Shown: positions 37,993 through 49,321 of the stretch, one piece after another
Numbering within the stretch: the stretch's first letter is position 1
Layout of the letters: each line of letters begins with the position of its first letter
DNA from: Lama guanicoe
Taxonomy: Eukaryota
Direction of reading: 5' to 3'
DNA: 64,000 nt
Assembly: GCA_013239625.1 (NCBI GenBank)
Contig: MU055488.1
Span: 9,275-73,274, forward strand
Translations under genes and position numbers: made by a program
Notes under the pieces: model-generated
Databases searched by the model: none
What the model was told of the DNA's origin: nothing
The model's input: only the letters and a program-made list of their open reading frames with translations

Positions 37993-38414
37993 CAGGCAAG
38001 AGGGTAGGATCTACGGTGGTCGTGAGTAAGGAGAGGGGACAGTGCCAAGGCTCTTGGGAGTCCAGGGGCCACGACTCAGGATATATCCGACCCCACAGCC
38101 ATCCGGGATGAGCTGCTTTTCTGCCACCACGTCTTCACGTTCATCTGCATTAAACTTGGTATGTCCCCACTTCCTGGAGCTCTGGGTCTAGGGAGAGGCA
38201 GGAAGAGCTGAGTCAGGAGGCCTGGGCATTGGGGCAAGGGAAGGCAAGCCCAAGGCTGCAGCACACTGACCTTGTGGCGGCCAGGGAACCTGAACTTGGC
38301 CCCGCATAGGGCCTCCATCACATGCTGCCTGTTCCGCAGCTGGTCCGGGTGGATGTGAGGCCTGGCCACCGTGCCCCGGGACTTTCCAGAGGCACCCGTG
38401 TACCTGTCTGGAGC
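37993..38414 (-). pseudogene. RPL10: RPL10 (uL16) pseudogene fragment: last two exons (38414-38271, 38187-~37993) plus a retained 83-nt GT-AG intron
   Basis: LQTG..GK..GTVARPHI...QLRNRQHVMEALCGAKFRFPGRHK|intron|[41 protein letters not shown]; 1-nt frameshift, ~18-nt deletion, no 5' exons. Confidence 0.9.
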
Positions 38415-38463
38415 CTAGACTGGGGACAGCATGAGGTCAGACATGAATGTCCACTGTGAAGGG

Positions 38464-38594
38464 CCATGTCCGGGTACCTTAGGGTGGCCCATGCAGGTAG
38501 CAGGCTGCACATACCACCGTGGAGGCTGTTGTTTGCAGACACTGCGCTCCAGGCCCCACGGAGAAAAGAGCATGGTGGGCTTAACTGGCTGCAA
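38464..38594 (-). ncRNA. SNORA70: SNORA70 (U70) H/ACA snoRNA retrocopy, diverged
   Basis: TTGCAGCCAGTTAAGCC...H box ACAACA (38532-38527)...GCAGCCTG...CCCTAAGG...ACA+3 nt end; ~131 nt. It lies upstream of the RPL10 exon, as in the native host intron. Confidence 0.8.
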
Positions 38595-39445
38595 AGGATC
38601 AGATATTGTGACAGAAGATAAGGGTCAGGGTCAGGGTTAGGGTCGGGAGATGTATTTAAAATACTCAGAAAAATAATGAATCAAGGATTTTGTATCCAGC
38701 CAAACTGACCTCTAGGTATAAAGGCCACAGACCAACTATTACAAACATCCAAGAACCAAGCCAGCTTTCTGGGGAATAAGCTTCAGCTGCAGCATCAGGA
38801 CAGGCGAAATCAAGTGACTGCAGGGAGGAAGTCCTGTCAGGAGTTCCAGCTGGAGACACAGGAGGGGCGACGGCACTGGACGGTCTCCACCTGGCGACTC
38901 TTTGGCGCTGGCTGGGTAACAGTGGTCAGCGGTTGTAAAACCACTAGGGTCCAGGGTGGATCTGACTGAGGCCCCCTGAACCCACTGGTCAGCCCAACAT
39001 CACTCCAGTGGGACAGCCAGACTTGAGTCTTCTAGAACCACCTGTGAGATATTGCCAAAAAAGGAAGCCAGACCCTTAGCACGCCTCCATCTCTGACCGC
39101 CTGCGTGCACAAGAATGGCAGGCACACGGAGGGCTGTCTTGAGAATACTGCCCAGCAAAGCCACAGTTTGGGAACCTGTACAAAACAAATCACTTGGATT
39201 TATCAACAAACACATTGGGAAAAAAAAAGCACAGCGGTTGTTGAAAATCAAAAGACCCTTAAAAAGATCCATTCCGAAAAATGCAGCTTTGGACCTTGTC
39301 TGGATCGGGTTCAAACAAGCCGCCTGTGGAAAGATTCCACTGACAGGAAGATCTGGACCTGAGCGACACCAGGGAATTACTTGTCTGGGTGTCAGAGTGC
39401 TGTTGTGGTCGTGCCCTGTTTTGGTAAGTCTTCATCAGAGATAAA

Positions 39446-39677
39446 CAGGTGACCCTTGAACAACGTGGGAGTTAGGGGCTCTGACCCTCCACGCAGTCGA
39501 AATTGCCTGCAACCTGGAGCTGGTCCTCCGTAGCACAATTTGTCCACATCCACTGTTCCACAGCCACGGATCCAACCAGCCGCGGACCGTGCAGCACTGT
39601 AGTGCCTGTTCAGTGACAGAAGTCCGCGTATGGGTGGACTCATGAAGTTCAAACTTGTGTTGTTCAAGGGCCAACTG
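39446..39677. mobile_element. Tigger2-derived MITE (MER8-like), with terminal inverted repeats
   Basis: caggtgacccttgaacaac ... gttgttcaagggccaactg inverted termini. Confidence 0.8.
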
Positions 39678-40936
39678 TGTACTGAACTGTTCATAGGTGA
39701 AAAAATACACTGTCTGAGATTTGCTTTAAAACGTTCCATTCGCAGAGGAAAAGTGGAAATTAGGTGAAATGAAATTGGCACAGTGTTGAACCTGAATGCT
39801 GGAGGCGTGAGGGCTCGTGGTATAGCACTCCTGCATTTGTGCATTCGATAAAAACCTCCTCCGCCCCAGTCCAGTGCCTGGATGCAGGAGAGGGACGTGT
39901 ATCGGTGACTCTCGGGCAGCTGGGACTCCCAGGTCCCTCCGGCTGAGCTTAGCAGCCTCTCAACCACCCATAGCACAAGCCCCCCCACAACAAACATCAA
40001 GGAGGCCGCCCTGTGGGCAGATGGCCCAGCGGCTGCGAGGGAAACAGAAGCAGAAACGCTGGGAAAAGTGTGAAAATGCTGTAACCGGCGTGTCTCATCT
40101 GTGCACACATCCAGCCTGCGTCAGTGACTCCTTCCACGCTCCGTCCTTCTTGTAGTTTTCAGTCAGTGTTGCTCACCCATTTCGTGAATTGCCAGCTGAT
40201 CTCCCTGTCCACCCAGCATGGTTCAGAACGTCCCGCGTTCTTGGGGAGAGAAAGCTGAGACGGGGCAAAATCAACGAGGGCGCTGCGGTCATGCCAAGTC
40301 CACCACCGCCCTTGTCTGGAGGTGGCTGTGCTATTCTAAGTGTCTGCCGGGCGTCCCCTCCCTCAGTGCCACCCTGAACTTGGCGCCAGGCTGGAAGACA
40401 ATCTCAGGGCTGTGCGCAGTAGTGTGAACTAGTTCTGAAAATCCTGGAGAACAGGAATTCATGTCCTGTGAAGTAAAGGCAGAGAGAGAGGTGGGAGAAC
40501 CGGGGAGGCCCCTGAGCCAGCAGGACCGCCTGTTTGCTCCCGCATCTCCCTCCTCTGTGGCTCCTCCCAGGCGCTCACCTCCAACTCTTCAGGCCCCCGA
40601 GGCCCCCGCAGCCCAGCCCCCAGCCCCCTGTGCTCTAGAAGCTCCCCACCCCCCCATGCTGCTCTCCTTGACGACGAGCCGTCTGTCCCTGCCCAGCCCG
40701 GCCACCAGGCAGCTGCGGCTCCGCAGCGCACTGTCTCCCTGCCCCTGCCGTGTCAAGTGAACACGTCACCGCGGTAGAGTTTGACTTGGTGTAACTCAGA
40801 GTTCACGTTCCAGGTGACGAGTTTCCAGGGAAATACGGAGCTCTGCAGTCCCGGTCCACAAGCTGGAAGTCTGTGGCAGCACGTGTGTCACTCCCCGTCC
40901 ACGTCACTTCTTCACGGCATCCCCATCTCTCCCCAG

Positions 40937-41046
40937 ATTTTCCCCCTGTTCCGGTCCCTGGGTGCAGACGGCCTCCTCATCGAATATGAAGACATGTTTC
41001 CCTACGAGGGCCCCCTGAGGTTGCTGCGGGCCGAGCACGCGTACAG
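40937..41046 (+). CDS. HEXD: HEXD coding exon 2
   Basis: [36 protein letters not shown]; 110 nt. Confidence 0.95.
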
Positions 41047-41216
41047 GTACCCCGGCCACCTTGGCGGAGCCGGAGGGGTTTGCGGGGGGTGGGGGGGCAG
41101 GCAAGAGCTGAACCCAGGACACCCTCTCCGGTGTCGTCAAATGCACATCTTTAATCATCAGAGTAAAGCAACTTCACTGAAGGAATTTGGAACCATTTAA
41201 AAGAGAAAGAAAACGG

Positions 41217-41362
41217 AGGGGAGGGTGCAGCTCGGGGGTGGAGCGTGTGCTTAGCAGGCACGAGGTCCGAGGTCCTTGGTTCCATCCCCAGCACCTCAGT
41301 TAAAATAAATAAATAAACCTACTTACTTCCCGTCCTCCAAAAAAACAAAACAATAATAAATT
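41217..41362 (+). mobile_element. tRNA-derived SINE, Vic-1-like (camelid)
   Basis: ggggagggtgcagctc...gtggagcgtgtgcttagcaggcacgaggtcc...ggttccatccccagcacctc, tail aaataaataaataaacctacttacttccc, A-rich end. Confidence 0.7.
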
Positions 41363-42307
41363 AAAGAAACAGAAGAGAAGGGTCAGCTCTGGTTCCCCTC
41401 AAGGAAGCGCAGTGACCCGTGCATCAGTCTCGTCTTTTGGTACGAAGTGTGTACAGAACACAGCCAGGGTCCCCGCGGCGGAAGGAGGACTGCTCTTTAA
41501 GATCACGAGCGGGTCTTCATCAGGGAAGTGGAGAGTGGAGGGGAGTGGAGGGGGTCAGTGAGGTCAGGGTGGTCACCGGTGCACCCTGCCTGGCCTTAAA
41601 GTGATGGATGTCTCTATAAATCAACAACAAATAGCCCGAAAGGAAAATGGGCAAAGAACATCTGATCCCAGAAAAGAAAGAAAAGTGGCCAATAATCCTA
41701 TGATAGTAATAAATAAAACAATGAAGTGCCATTCTGGCCACCAAACTGTGAAGCCTTTAGAAAAATTATAACGTTCCATGCCCACGAGGGTGAGAAAAGG
41801 CAACCCTCTTGCTGGTGGCCTGGGGGGCGGTTTGACTCCGCGAGTGTGCGTGTGCACACGTGTGTTGTGCGTGTGTGGACGGGAAACGGGAATGGTGTGC
41901 ACCAGAGCCGAGATGCTGTGAGGTTGCCCGAGGTGTTGGTGTTTCTCCCTACAGTGAACAGGATTTGTTCCTTTGTTCCTTTAAGTGGCAAAGGTGGCAG
42001 GGTTCTGGTGAAGTTAGAAAAAAGGTATATTTAAAGACAGAATTCTATGTTGCTGATACATTTATAGAACTGGTTAACTGTAGAGATGGTTCAAACACGT
42101 ACAGAAACTGAGATAAATTCACAAATGACAACTCACGATGGAGCGGGCAGGGGCCCTTCTGGGGTGGCGTCCTCACTGGCCTTGGCGGGGAACGCCGGCC
42201 TGGAGGGCCCGCAGGTGCGCCACCAGCCACTTCCTCACAAGGGCTCACCCACCTGCAGGAGGGGAGCTGATGCCCAGCTCTTGAGCGTCTTCCGTCTCTC
42301 CTCTGTT

Positions 42308-42615
42308 AAAGGGCCGCCAGCTTTTCCTGGAAAGGGCCAGACGGTAGGCACTTCAGGCCGCGCGGCCCGCCTGGTCTGTGTTAGCACTGGGGTCGGGGGA
42401 GCAGTCACAGGAGACGTGACGAGTGGCCGCGGCTGTCTCCCAATAAAGCCCTATTTGTGGATACTGAAGTGTGGATTCCATACAGTTTTCACACGTCACA
42501 AAATACTGCTTTTTAAATTTTTCTCAACAGTTTTAAAATGTAGAAACCATTCTTACATCATGGGCTGTACAGAGACAGGCGGTGACTTTGCTCTCAGGGC
42601 TGCCGCCCGCCCCCG
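42308..42615. mobile_element. MER58B-like hAT-Charlie DNA transposon
   Basis: ttttcctggaaagggccagacggtag...ggctgtctcccaataaa...tttcacacgtcacaaaata...aaaccattctta. Confidence 0.7.
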
Positions 42616-42900
42616 CCCTAGAATATGATCCCTTGTGTGGCCCAGTTCCCTATAAAAGGACTTTAGCCTCTTGCAGAGTTTGGGACAGAATAGCTGGTAA
42701 AAAGCAAGCTCTGAATTGGCGACATAGCAGAGCACCAACCTCCTGAATTCTAGGACGGGAGTCTTCCCTGAAAACCTGAGGGTATCTTTGGGCTGTTCAG
42801 AGTTAGTGCCCTGCTAGTTTCCTCTGTGGAGTCCCCAGGGAGGCTGGCCAGGACGGGCCTGGGGACGTGAAAAGGAGCTGGCATGGTCTTTGTCTCCCAG

Positions 42901-42988
42901 CCCCTCGGAACTCAGAGAGATCCTGCGCCTGGCCGCGCTGAACGAGCTGGAGGTCGTCCCCTTGGTGCAGACGTTCGGACACATGGAG
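42901..42988 (+). CDS. HEXD: HEXD coding exon 3
   Basis: [29 protein letters not shown]; 88 nt. Confidence 0.95.
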
Positions 42989-44369
42989 GTGAGTTGGAGG
43001 AACACAAGCCACCTGGTGCCGCGGCGAGGGGTTTGGGGTGCACCGGGGGTGCTGCTCAGCGCTGCAGAGAGGGGCTCTGCCCTGGGGACTGCAGGAGCAT
43101 GGAGCTCCAGGTCACAGCCCCCTCGGTCCAGGGGGGCGGTAAGAGCTGGGGTGCCCCGGGCGCCCTGCATGGGGGCAGCTTTCCTTTATAACGTGTATCC
43201 ATCAAAATATTCCTGTGTGAGGTGAAACACAGCATTAAGAACACGTGCCTTCTGTCTTCTCTGTCTGCATCCTTTCTGACCTAACACTGAAAAAACCTTT
43301 CTGAGCTTCTACGTGATCTTCAAAACGTTTCATGTCTGCCTCAAACAAGAAGCAGATTAAACCTCGTGTTGATTTACTGTCTGCCAGGTTCCGTTTTCCC
43401 TCCAGCAGCTACGCCAGCAGGTCTAGGCCGTCCTCCCCCTTCGTCTTCCCTCCAGCCACTCGCACCTTCTGTGCGTCGCCCCCTGATCTGGGACCCCTCC
43501 CACAGTCAACCCTCCAGCGTCCTGGTCACTCCCTGCTGTGCTCTCTGGGCTCCTGTCCTGACTCACCCTTGTCACTTGCCACCCTGGAGGAGGCGACCAC
43601 ATTCCCCTGGGGGTCTCTTCCGAGGCCACCAGAGTCCTCCGGGTCACTAAATCTGTGGTAGGTTTCAGTGTGCCCTTACTTGACTCTGGGCTCTTGGCAT
43701 CACCGACAGCCCCCGTGGTCCCCGCTTCTGGGGATGCCCCAGCGTCTGCCTCGGACTGGGTGTCCGTGGTTCCTCCTGAGGACCCTCCCTCGCTTCACAT
43801 TCTTCTCTGGACAGAGCCCCTCCCTCCTGCTTCCCTACGCTGTCCTCAGGCTTCCAGGAACCCCATCTCTCGTGCAGACCCTGGGCTCCAGTCCCTCATC
43901 TCCTCCTCCTCCTCCTCAGGGAGGGGCTGCGGCGCCCCAACCCCCCACCCACTGCCCTTCCCGTCCCTGTCAAGTCCTGCCTTCGCTCCTCCATCTCCCG
44001 CATCAGCAGCCCCTCTGTCCCGCTGTCACCGTCCTTGTGTGAGCCCCTGCCTGACCTACTGGGAAGCCCTCCCCCGGGGCTCCCAGCATCGCTCCATCTC
44101 CCAAGCCCTCCCCTGCCCAGGCACAGCCCGGCTGCACCAGGCTCTCCCGCTGCTGAGGCAGCTGTCTGCTCTTAGGGCGGGTCAGAGGACAACCGCCCAG
44201 GCAGCTTAAACCACAGAAGTGTGTTCTCTCATGGTCTGCAGGACAGAAGTCCAGAGTCAAGGTGTCAGCAGGGCCAGTCCTTCTGGAAGGGACTCGTGTG
44301 TTCACCTGGGCCGGCGCCTGGTCCTCTTGAGCAGTGAAGCGCTGTCTGAGTGTTCTGCCTGTTTCGCTT

Positions 44370-45700
44370 TCTGAAATGTCATGTGTTTTAAGCGATTTAT
44401 GCATTCTGGATACAGGTCTTTTGTTAGATATGTGACTTGCAAATATTTTCTCCCAGTCTTCAGTTTGGCTTTTCATTCTCCTAACGTTGCATTTCAAAGA
44501 GCAGAAGCCTTGAACGGGATGAACTCCTGTGTGTCAGTCGTCTTTGACGAATCACGCCTTTGACGGCATTCCTAAGCTCCTTGCCGATCGCCAGGCCAGG
44601 GCCTTTCCCGTTCTCCTCTGACGTCTCACACCTGCACGTTTTCTGTTCAGCCTGTCAGTCCGTTTGGGCTTTTGGCTTGAGGTGGGGTTTCAGTTTCATT
44701 TTTCTTGCACATGGTGTGGAACCACTTGACCAGTGGGGCCAAAACCAGTTGTGGAAAAGACCATCCTTTCTTTGGAATTTGGAGTCGCCTTTGCACCTTT
44801 GTCAAAAACCTACTGAGCGCATTTGTGAGAATGTTCTAGACCCTGTCCTGCTCCGTGGAGCTGTGCGCTGTACCTTTGCCAATGGACCCCACGTTGTCTG
44901 GGTTAGTGTGGCTTCACTGTGAGTCTTCAGCCCAGGGAGTGAGAGCCCCCAAACCTCTTCTTTTCCAGAATTCTCTTGGTTACTTCGGTCCCTCTGACTC
45001 TTCACATATAGTTTCGAATCACTTTGCATATCTATGAGAAAGCTTGCTGGGAGTTTGGGATTTTGTGAAATCGGTTGGTTTGAGGGGAAATTGCCTCTGC
45101 CATGTGGAGCCTTCCAGGCCGTGAATGAGTCGTGTCCGCTGTTGACTGTGTCCTCGGCGGCCGGCTCACGGCGCGTCCGGGTTTGGGTGTCTTTGCCTTT
45201 GTTCTGTGGGGTGTGATGAGCTTCTCCACTTTGGGGAGGTTTGGCGCCATTTCCTCGCATTTTCTGTCCCCATCTCTCCTCCCGGGACTCCCTCTGCCCG
45301 TGTGCTGGTGGCTCCGTGTCGCCCCGGCGTCTCCGAAGCTCAGTTCCGCAGATGGAGTCATTTCTATTGACTTTTCGTGCCAGTCGCTGCCTCTCCTCTG
45401 ACCTTTCAGATCTGCTGCTGAGCCAGTGAGCGGACTTTTCATTTCCCTCCTTGTAAACAGTTTCCTTTAATTCCAGGGACATGTTCATAGTAGTTTCTTT
45501 GAAACAATTGTCTGATAAATCCAATGCCTGGGACTACCTAGCATCAGGTTCTACAGGCATCTCTTTTCTTTGGGTCTGGATCCCACCTCCCAGTTTATTT
45601 ACACGTCTCAGAATTTTTGGTTGAAAACTGAATGTGTCAGACCCTGGGTTAAAGCAAATCTGACTGGTTCCCAGGTTCCACTGCAGGGTCTGTCTCCCCA
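44370..45700 (-). mobile_element. Degenerate ancient L1 fragments (antisense)
   Basis: The minus-strand ORF remnant DWEKIFASHISNKRPVSRMHK matches the L1 ORF2 C-terminal region; further ORF2/ORF1-like remnants follow. Confidence 0.7.
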
Positions 45701-46401
45701 GCTGTGTGCGGCCACTCATGCCTCTCTTGGCTCCTTGTTCTTACGTTTGTTTTGAGCCTGGTACCCGGGGGTGGCCGCCAGGGCTCGCCGTGCCTGAGCC
45801 GTGGGGCCCCCCCTCGTGCCGCAGGGGCTGGGGCCGCACCCTGAGCGCAGCCGGTTCTCAGTCTGCCGCGGCCCCTGCGCTCCTCCCAGCCCTCCGCCCC
45901 CAGTGCCCCCGTGTGTGGCAGGAGAACACACATCACCTCTGCGGCCCCTGGGGGCCGGTTCACCCACAGCCAGCCCTGGGAGGGAGGGGCAGAGCTGCAG
46001 GATCTCTGCTCGCACCCGAAGTTGCAGGCGGCTGTCATGAACAGACGGCTCCCAATGTGTTGCTCCCATTTGGTTGGTGTCTGGAGCCCTGAAGTGGTCG
46101 TTTTTGACCAACGGTTCCATTTTGTACTTGTCTTGGGGGAAGGATTTGCCAACCTCTTCACTGCAGCAGGAACCCCCCGACTTGTGATTCTGCTGTGAAT
46201 AGAAACTGCCTTTGGTTTTCTCACGCAGCGCAGTTAGGACTGGAGGGAGGGAGGGCTATGCTCGGAGCCGCCCCCTCGGCCCCTGGGCCCGGTTCCCGCA
46301 GCACAGCCCCGCTGGGTACCCTGAGCAGACAGGGAGTCCAGACCCAGGGGCCCAGCAGGAGCTGGGCTGCGTCGCCGAGCGCTCTGCTCCTCTCTCCACA
46401 G

Positions 46402-46566
46402 TTTGTGCTGAAGCACGAGGCTCTGGCTCACCTCCGCGAAGTGGCCCTCTTCCCCAACACCCTGAACCCCCACAAGGCCGAGTCCCTGGCACTGGTCGGG
46501 GCCATGATCGACCAGGTGATGGGGCTGCACCCGGGCGCGCGGTGGCTCCACATCGGCTGTGACGAG
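46402..46566 (+). CDS. HEXD: HEXD coding exon 4 (catalytic HIGCDE)
   Basis: [24 protein letters not shown]...WLHIGCDE; GH20 Asp-Glu pair; 165 nt. Confidence 0.96.
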
Positions 46567-47636
46567 GTGGGTGCCCCGGCTCTGTGGCAGCCCCTCCTCT
46601 TCACTCCAGGGTCCCCTTCTCCCACCCAGTGGGTTCTTCTCGTAAATAGAAAAATAGTACCAAGGACAAAAGACAGGCTGGCAGAGAGATGTCCCCAGTG
46701 AGGGTCTTGGTCCCAGCTGACAGGTGACCGCTCAGGGAGACCCGTGGAGCCAAGTGGGGTGTAAGCTAGTGGGTCAGGTGAGGATGACTGTCCTGCCCAC
46801 AAAGGGCCAGAGGGCAGCCCCTGCTCAGGGCAGGTTCACATCCTTGGGGCTGGTATGGACATGCGTTCGAGCCAGTTGCTCTTCCAGCTGAAGAAGTGTG
46901 GTTTTGGACGGCAGGAGAAGGGAAGTTAGGGCCACGGAGCACCAGCTGGAAAGGCAGCTCTGGGGTGCCCTCCTCCTGTCCTCAAGAAACTCGGGCCAGG
47001 AAGAGTCCAAGCTGCCGAGCTCGGTGACCCGCAGGCCTCTGCTTGTCTGAGCTCCGGGTATCTGAGCTGGGATGGTGGTCTGCGGACACTGGACCCCAGA
47101 GCTTGGTCCTCATCTTCAAAAAGTCTTCTTATGTAGTAAAATACACAGAACATAGAATTTACCATTGTAACCACTTCAAAGCAAACCATCAGGTCACTTC
47201 TCAGTCCTTGGAGGTGCTTTGCCGCCAGCACCACCATCTGGTCCTGGGACCTTGCACCTCCCCATCCCGACCCTCCATCCCTGCACCCCTCAGCCTCCTT
47301 TCTCTCAGCGGACCAGCCCCTCCCGGTCCTAGTGGAGCCCCCGGTTCTCCAGCTTCATCCGTGCTGTGGCTGAGTGACCTTCCAGCATGGGGACGGGCCA
47401 TCTTCTGTAGGTGGACATCTGGGCATTCCCACCTCCTGCCTGCTGACCACCGGCCCACAGGAAGTTGTGAGCAGAGGTTTGGGTCTCAGTGCAGAAGGCA
47501 GGCCCATCCTTGGCTGCCGCCTTCCACGGGCAGCTGCCCCCAGAGTCTCCCAGGTCACAGCATGATCCCTGGTCTCGCCTGAGTGCCCGTGGTGAGGATA
47601 GGGGATTGGGGGAACCCACCTGTATCTCCCTCCCAG

Positions 47637-47820
47637 GTCTACTACCTTGGCGAGGGCGAGACCTCGAGGCGCTGGCTGCAGCAGGAGCCCAACACCAAAG
47701 TGGAGCTGTGTCTGTCCCACATGGAGGCGGTGGCTGGCCACGTGCTGGCCCGGCACCCCACCACAACGCCCCTGGTGTGGGACGACATGCTACGGGACAT
47801 CCCTGAGGACCAGCTCTCAG
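47637..47820 (+). CDS. HEXD: HEXD coding exon 5
   Basis: [16 protein letters not shown]...[17 protein letters not shown]; 184 nt. Confidence 0.95.
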
Positions 47821-48622
47821 GTCAGCCGCAGGGGCAGGCCGCACTGAGCAGGGGGGCTTCCTGGGACTGCGGGGGAAGGAAGCGGAGCTGCTCCAAGCCC
47901 GTGACACCATGGAGAACCCCCATGGTGGGCCCACACCTGGGTTTCCCACTCCAGATGACCCCATTAGGTCCACATTCACGTGCTCCTCTCGTGAGAATGC
48001 CATTCCCCTAAAAGGTGCTGGAGAGTCTTTCGAGAGTACAGTTGTGATGGATCTGACCTGAAGGACAGCACGGGGCCCCAGGGGGCCTTGAGTGTCCAGC
48101 GCTCCTTGTGGCCTGGGCCCCACATGCCTGCATGGTCAGCCCTGCAGGGCCTTCTTCCAAGGTTCTCGCAGCTGATGGAGGGCAGTAGTGCCCCCCAGCC
48201 CCCTTGGCCCCCCAGGACCCAGCCTGCCTGAGGCTCTGGGGGGAGATGAGAGGTTGCTGCCCACACTTCTGCAGGGCCTAGGTGTCCTCACTGCAGCCAC
48301 TGCCCCCACGTGTAGCCACCAGGGTTGGGATTAATTATAATCGGCTATAATCAGTGGTATAATCAGCGCTGTGTTCCTGTCGTACCTGGGCCTGGAGCCC
48401 CACATGCAGGCGGCGTTGCCCCCTCGCAGAGGCTCTGGCACCGCCGGCCTGGGGCTCACCCCTCGCAGCTCCAGCAGGTCCAGTCACTCTAAAGCTGGCT
48501 GGCTTTGCGGCCTGGTGTTTACTGCCCGAATCATGCACAGTGTTGCATCTGTACTTAAATCTGTCTTCACTCAAGAAGAGGGGTCGGAGGGGTGGGCACC
48601 CACGGCCTCTCTCCGCTTCCAG

Positions 48623-48694
48623 CATCCAGGGTGCCGCAGCTGGTGGAGCCCGTGCTCTGGGACTACGGTGCCGACCTGGACATCCATGCCAAGG
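48623..48694 (+). CDS. HEXD: HEXD coding exon 6
   Basis: SRVPQLVEPVLWDYGADLDIHAK; 72 nt. Confidence 0.94.
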
Positions 48695-48784
48695 GTCAGT
48701 GCCAGGCCCCTCCCGATTCTCTGCCCAGACAGGCGTGTTTTCTCCTGGGGCCCCGCCGGTCACATGTCTCATTTCCCCACACAG

Positions 48785-48980
48785 CCCTCCTCATGGAGAA
48801 GTACCGGAGGAGCGGCTTTTCCCAGCTGTGGGCCGCCAGCGCCTTCAAGGGGGCCACGGGGGCCAGCCAGGCCCTGACCCCAATCGAGCACCACCTCCGG
48901 AACCACATGCAGTGGCTGCGGGTGGCGGGTGGCGTGCCGGTGGGCTCGCTGAGGGGCATCGTCCTGACCGGCTGGCAGAG
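48785..48980 (+). CDS. HEXD: HEXD coding exon 7
   Basis: LLMEKYRRSGFSQLWAASAFKGATG...GIVLTGWQ; 196 nt. Confidence 0.95.
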
Positions 48981-49238
48981 GTGCGGCCACGCGGGCCCCA
49001 GGGATGCCCTTGGGGCCAGCCTGGCCCAGGAGGGTGGAAGTGGCCCCGGTTCCCTGGGGCACACAGCCCTCCTCAGCCCATCCAGAGTGGCCTTCCTGTG
49101 TTCGGTCAAGGGGAAACAGCTGGCACTCCAAGGAGGGTGCGGGAGGAGCCTGGGCCCTGAGGACCCGCTGCACAGAACAAGCCGCAGTGGCTGGTGCCCA
49201 AACATCTGCTGTGCTGAGCGCCCTCTCCATGCACGTAG

Positions 49239-49321
49239 GTACGACCACTTCTCCGTGCTGTGTGAGCTGCTGCCCGTGGGCATCCCGTCCCTGGCTGTCT
49301 GTCTGCAGGCGCTCTTACATG
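49239..49321 (+). CDS. HEXD: HEXD coding exon 8
   Basis: YDHFSVLCELLPVGIPSLAVCLQALLH; 83 nt. Confidence 0.95.

Larger units (their letters stand above)
37986..38597 (-). mobile_element. snoRNA retroposon (SNORA70 + RPL10 3' pre-mRNA), A-tailed, candidate TSD ATCTGAT
   Basis: Begins at the snoRNA 5' end and ends in A7. atcagat flanks both sides on + (37977-37983 and 38598-38604). Confidence 0.8.

Noticed and set aside
38076-38369. Functional RPL10 paralogue
   Set aside because: All 5' exons are missing, and it has a frameshift, an internal deletion and a decayed poly(A) signal.
38621-38648. Telomere-like (TCAGGG/TTAGGG) run beside the retroposon
   Set aside because: Only ~4 variant units, too short to call an interstitial telomeric sequence.
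41220-41300. tRNA gene
   Set aside because: Degenerate cloverleaf with an internal duplication and a SINE tail; it is a SINE head.
48328-48366. Three TATAATC repeats in a HEXD intron
   Set aside because: Short slippage-type repeat with no support for function.
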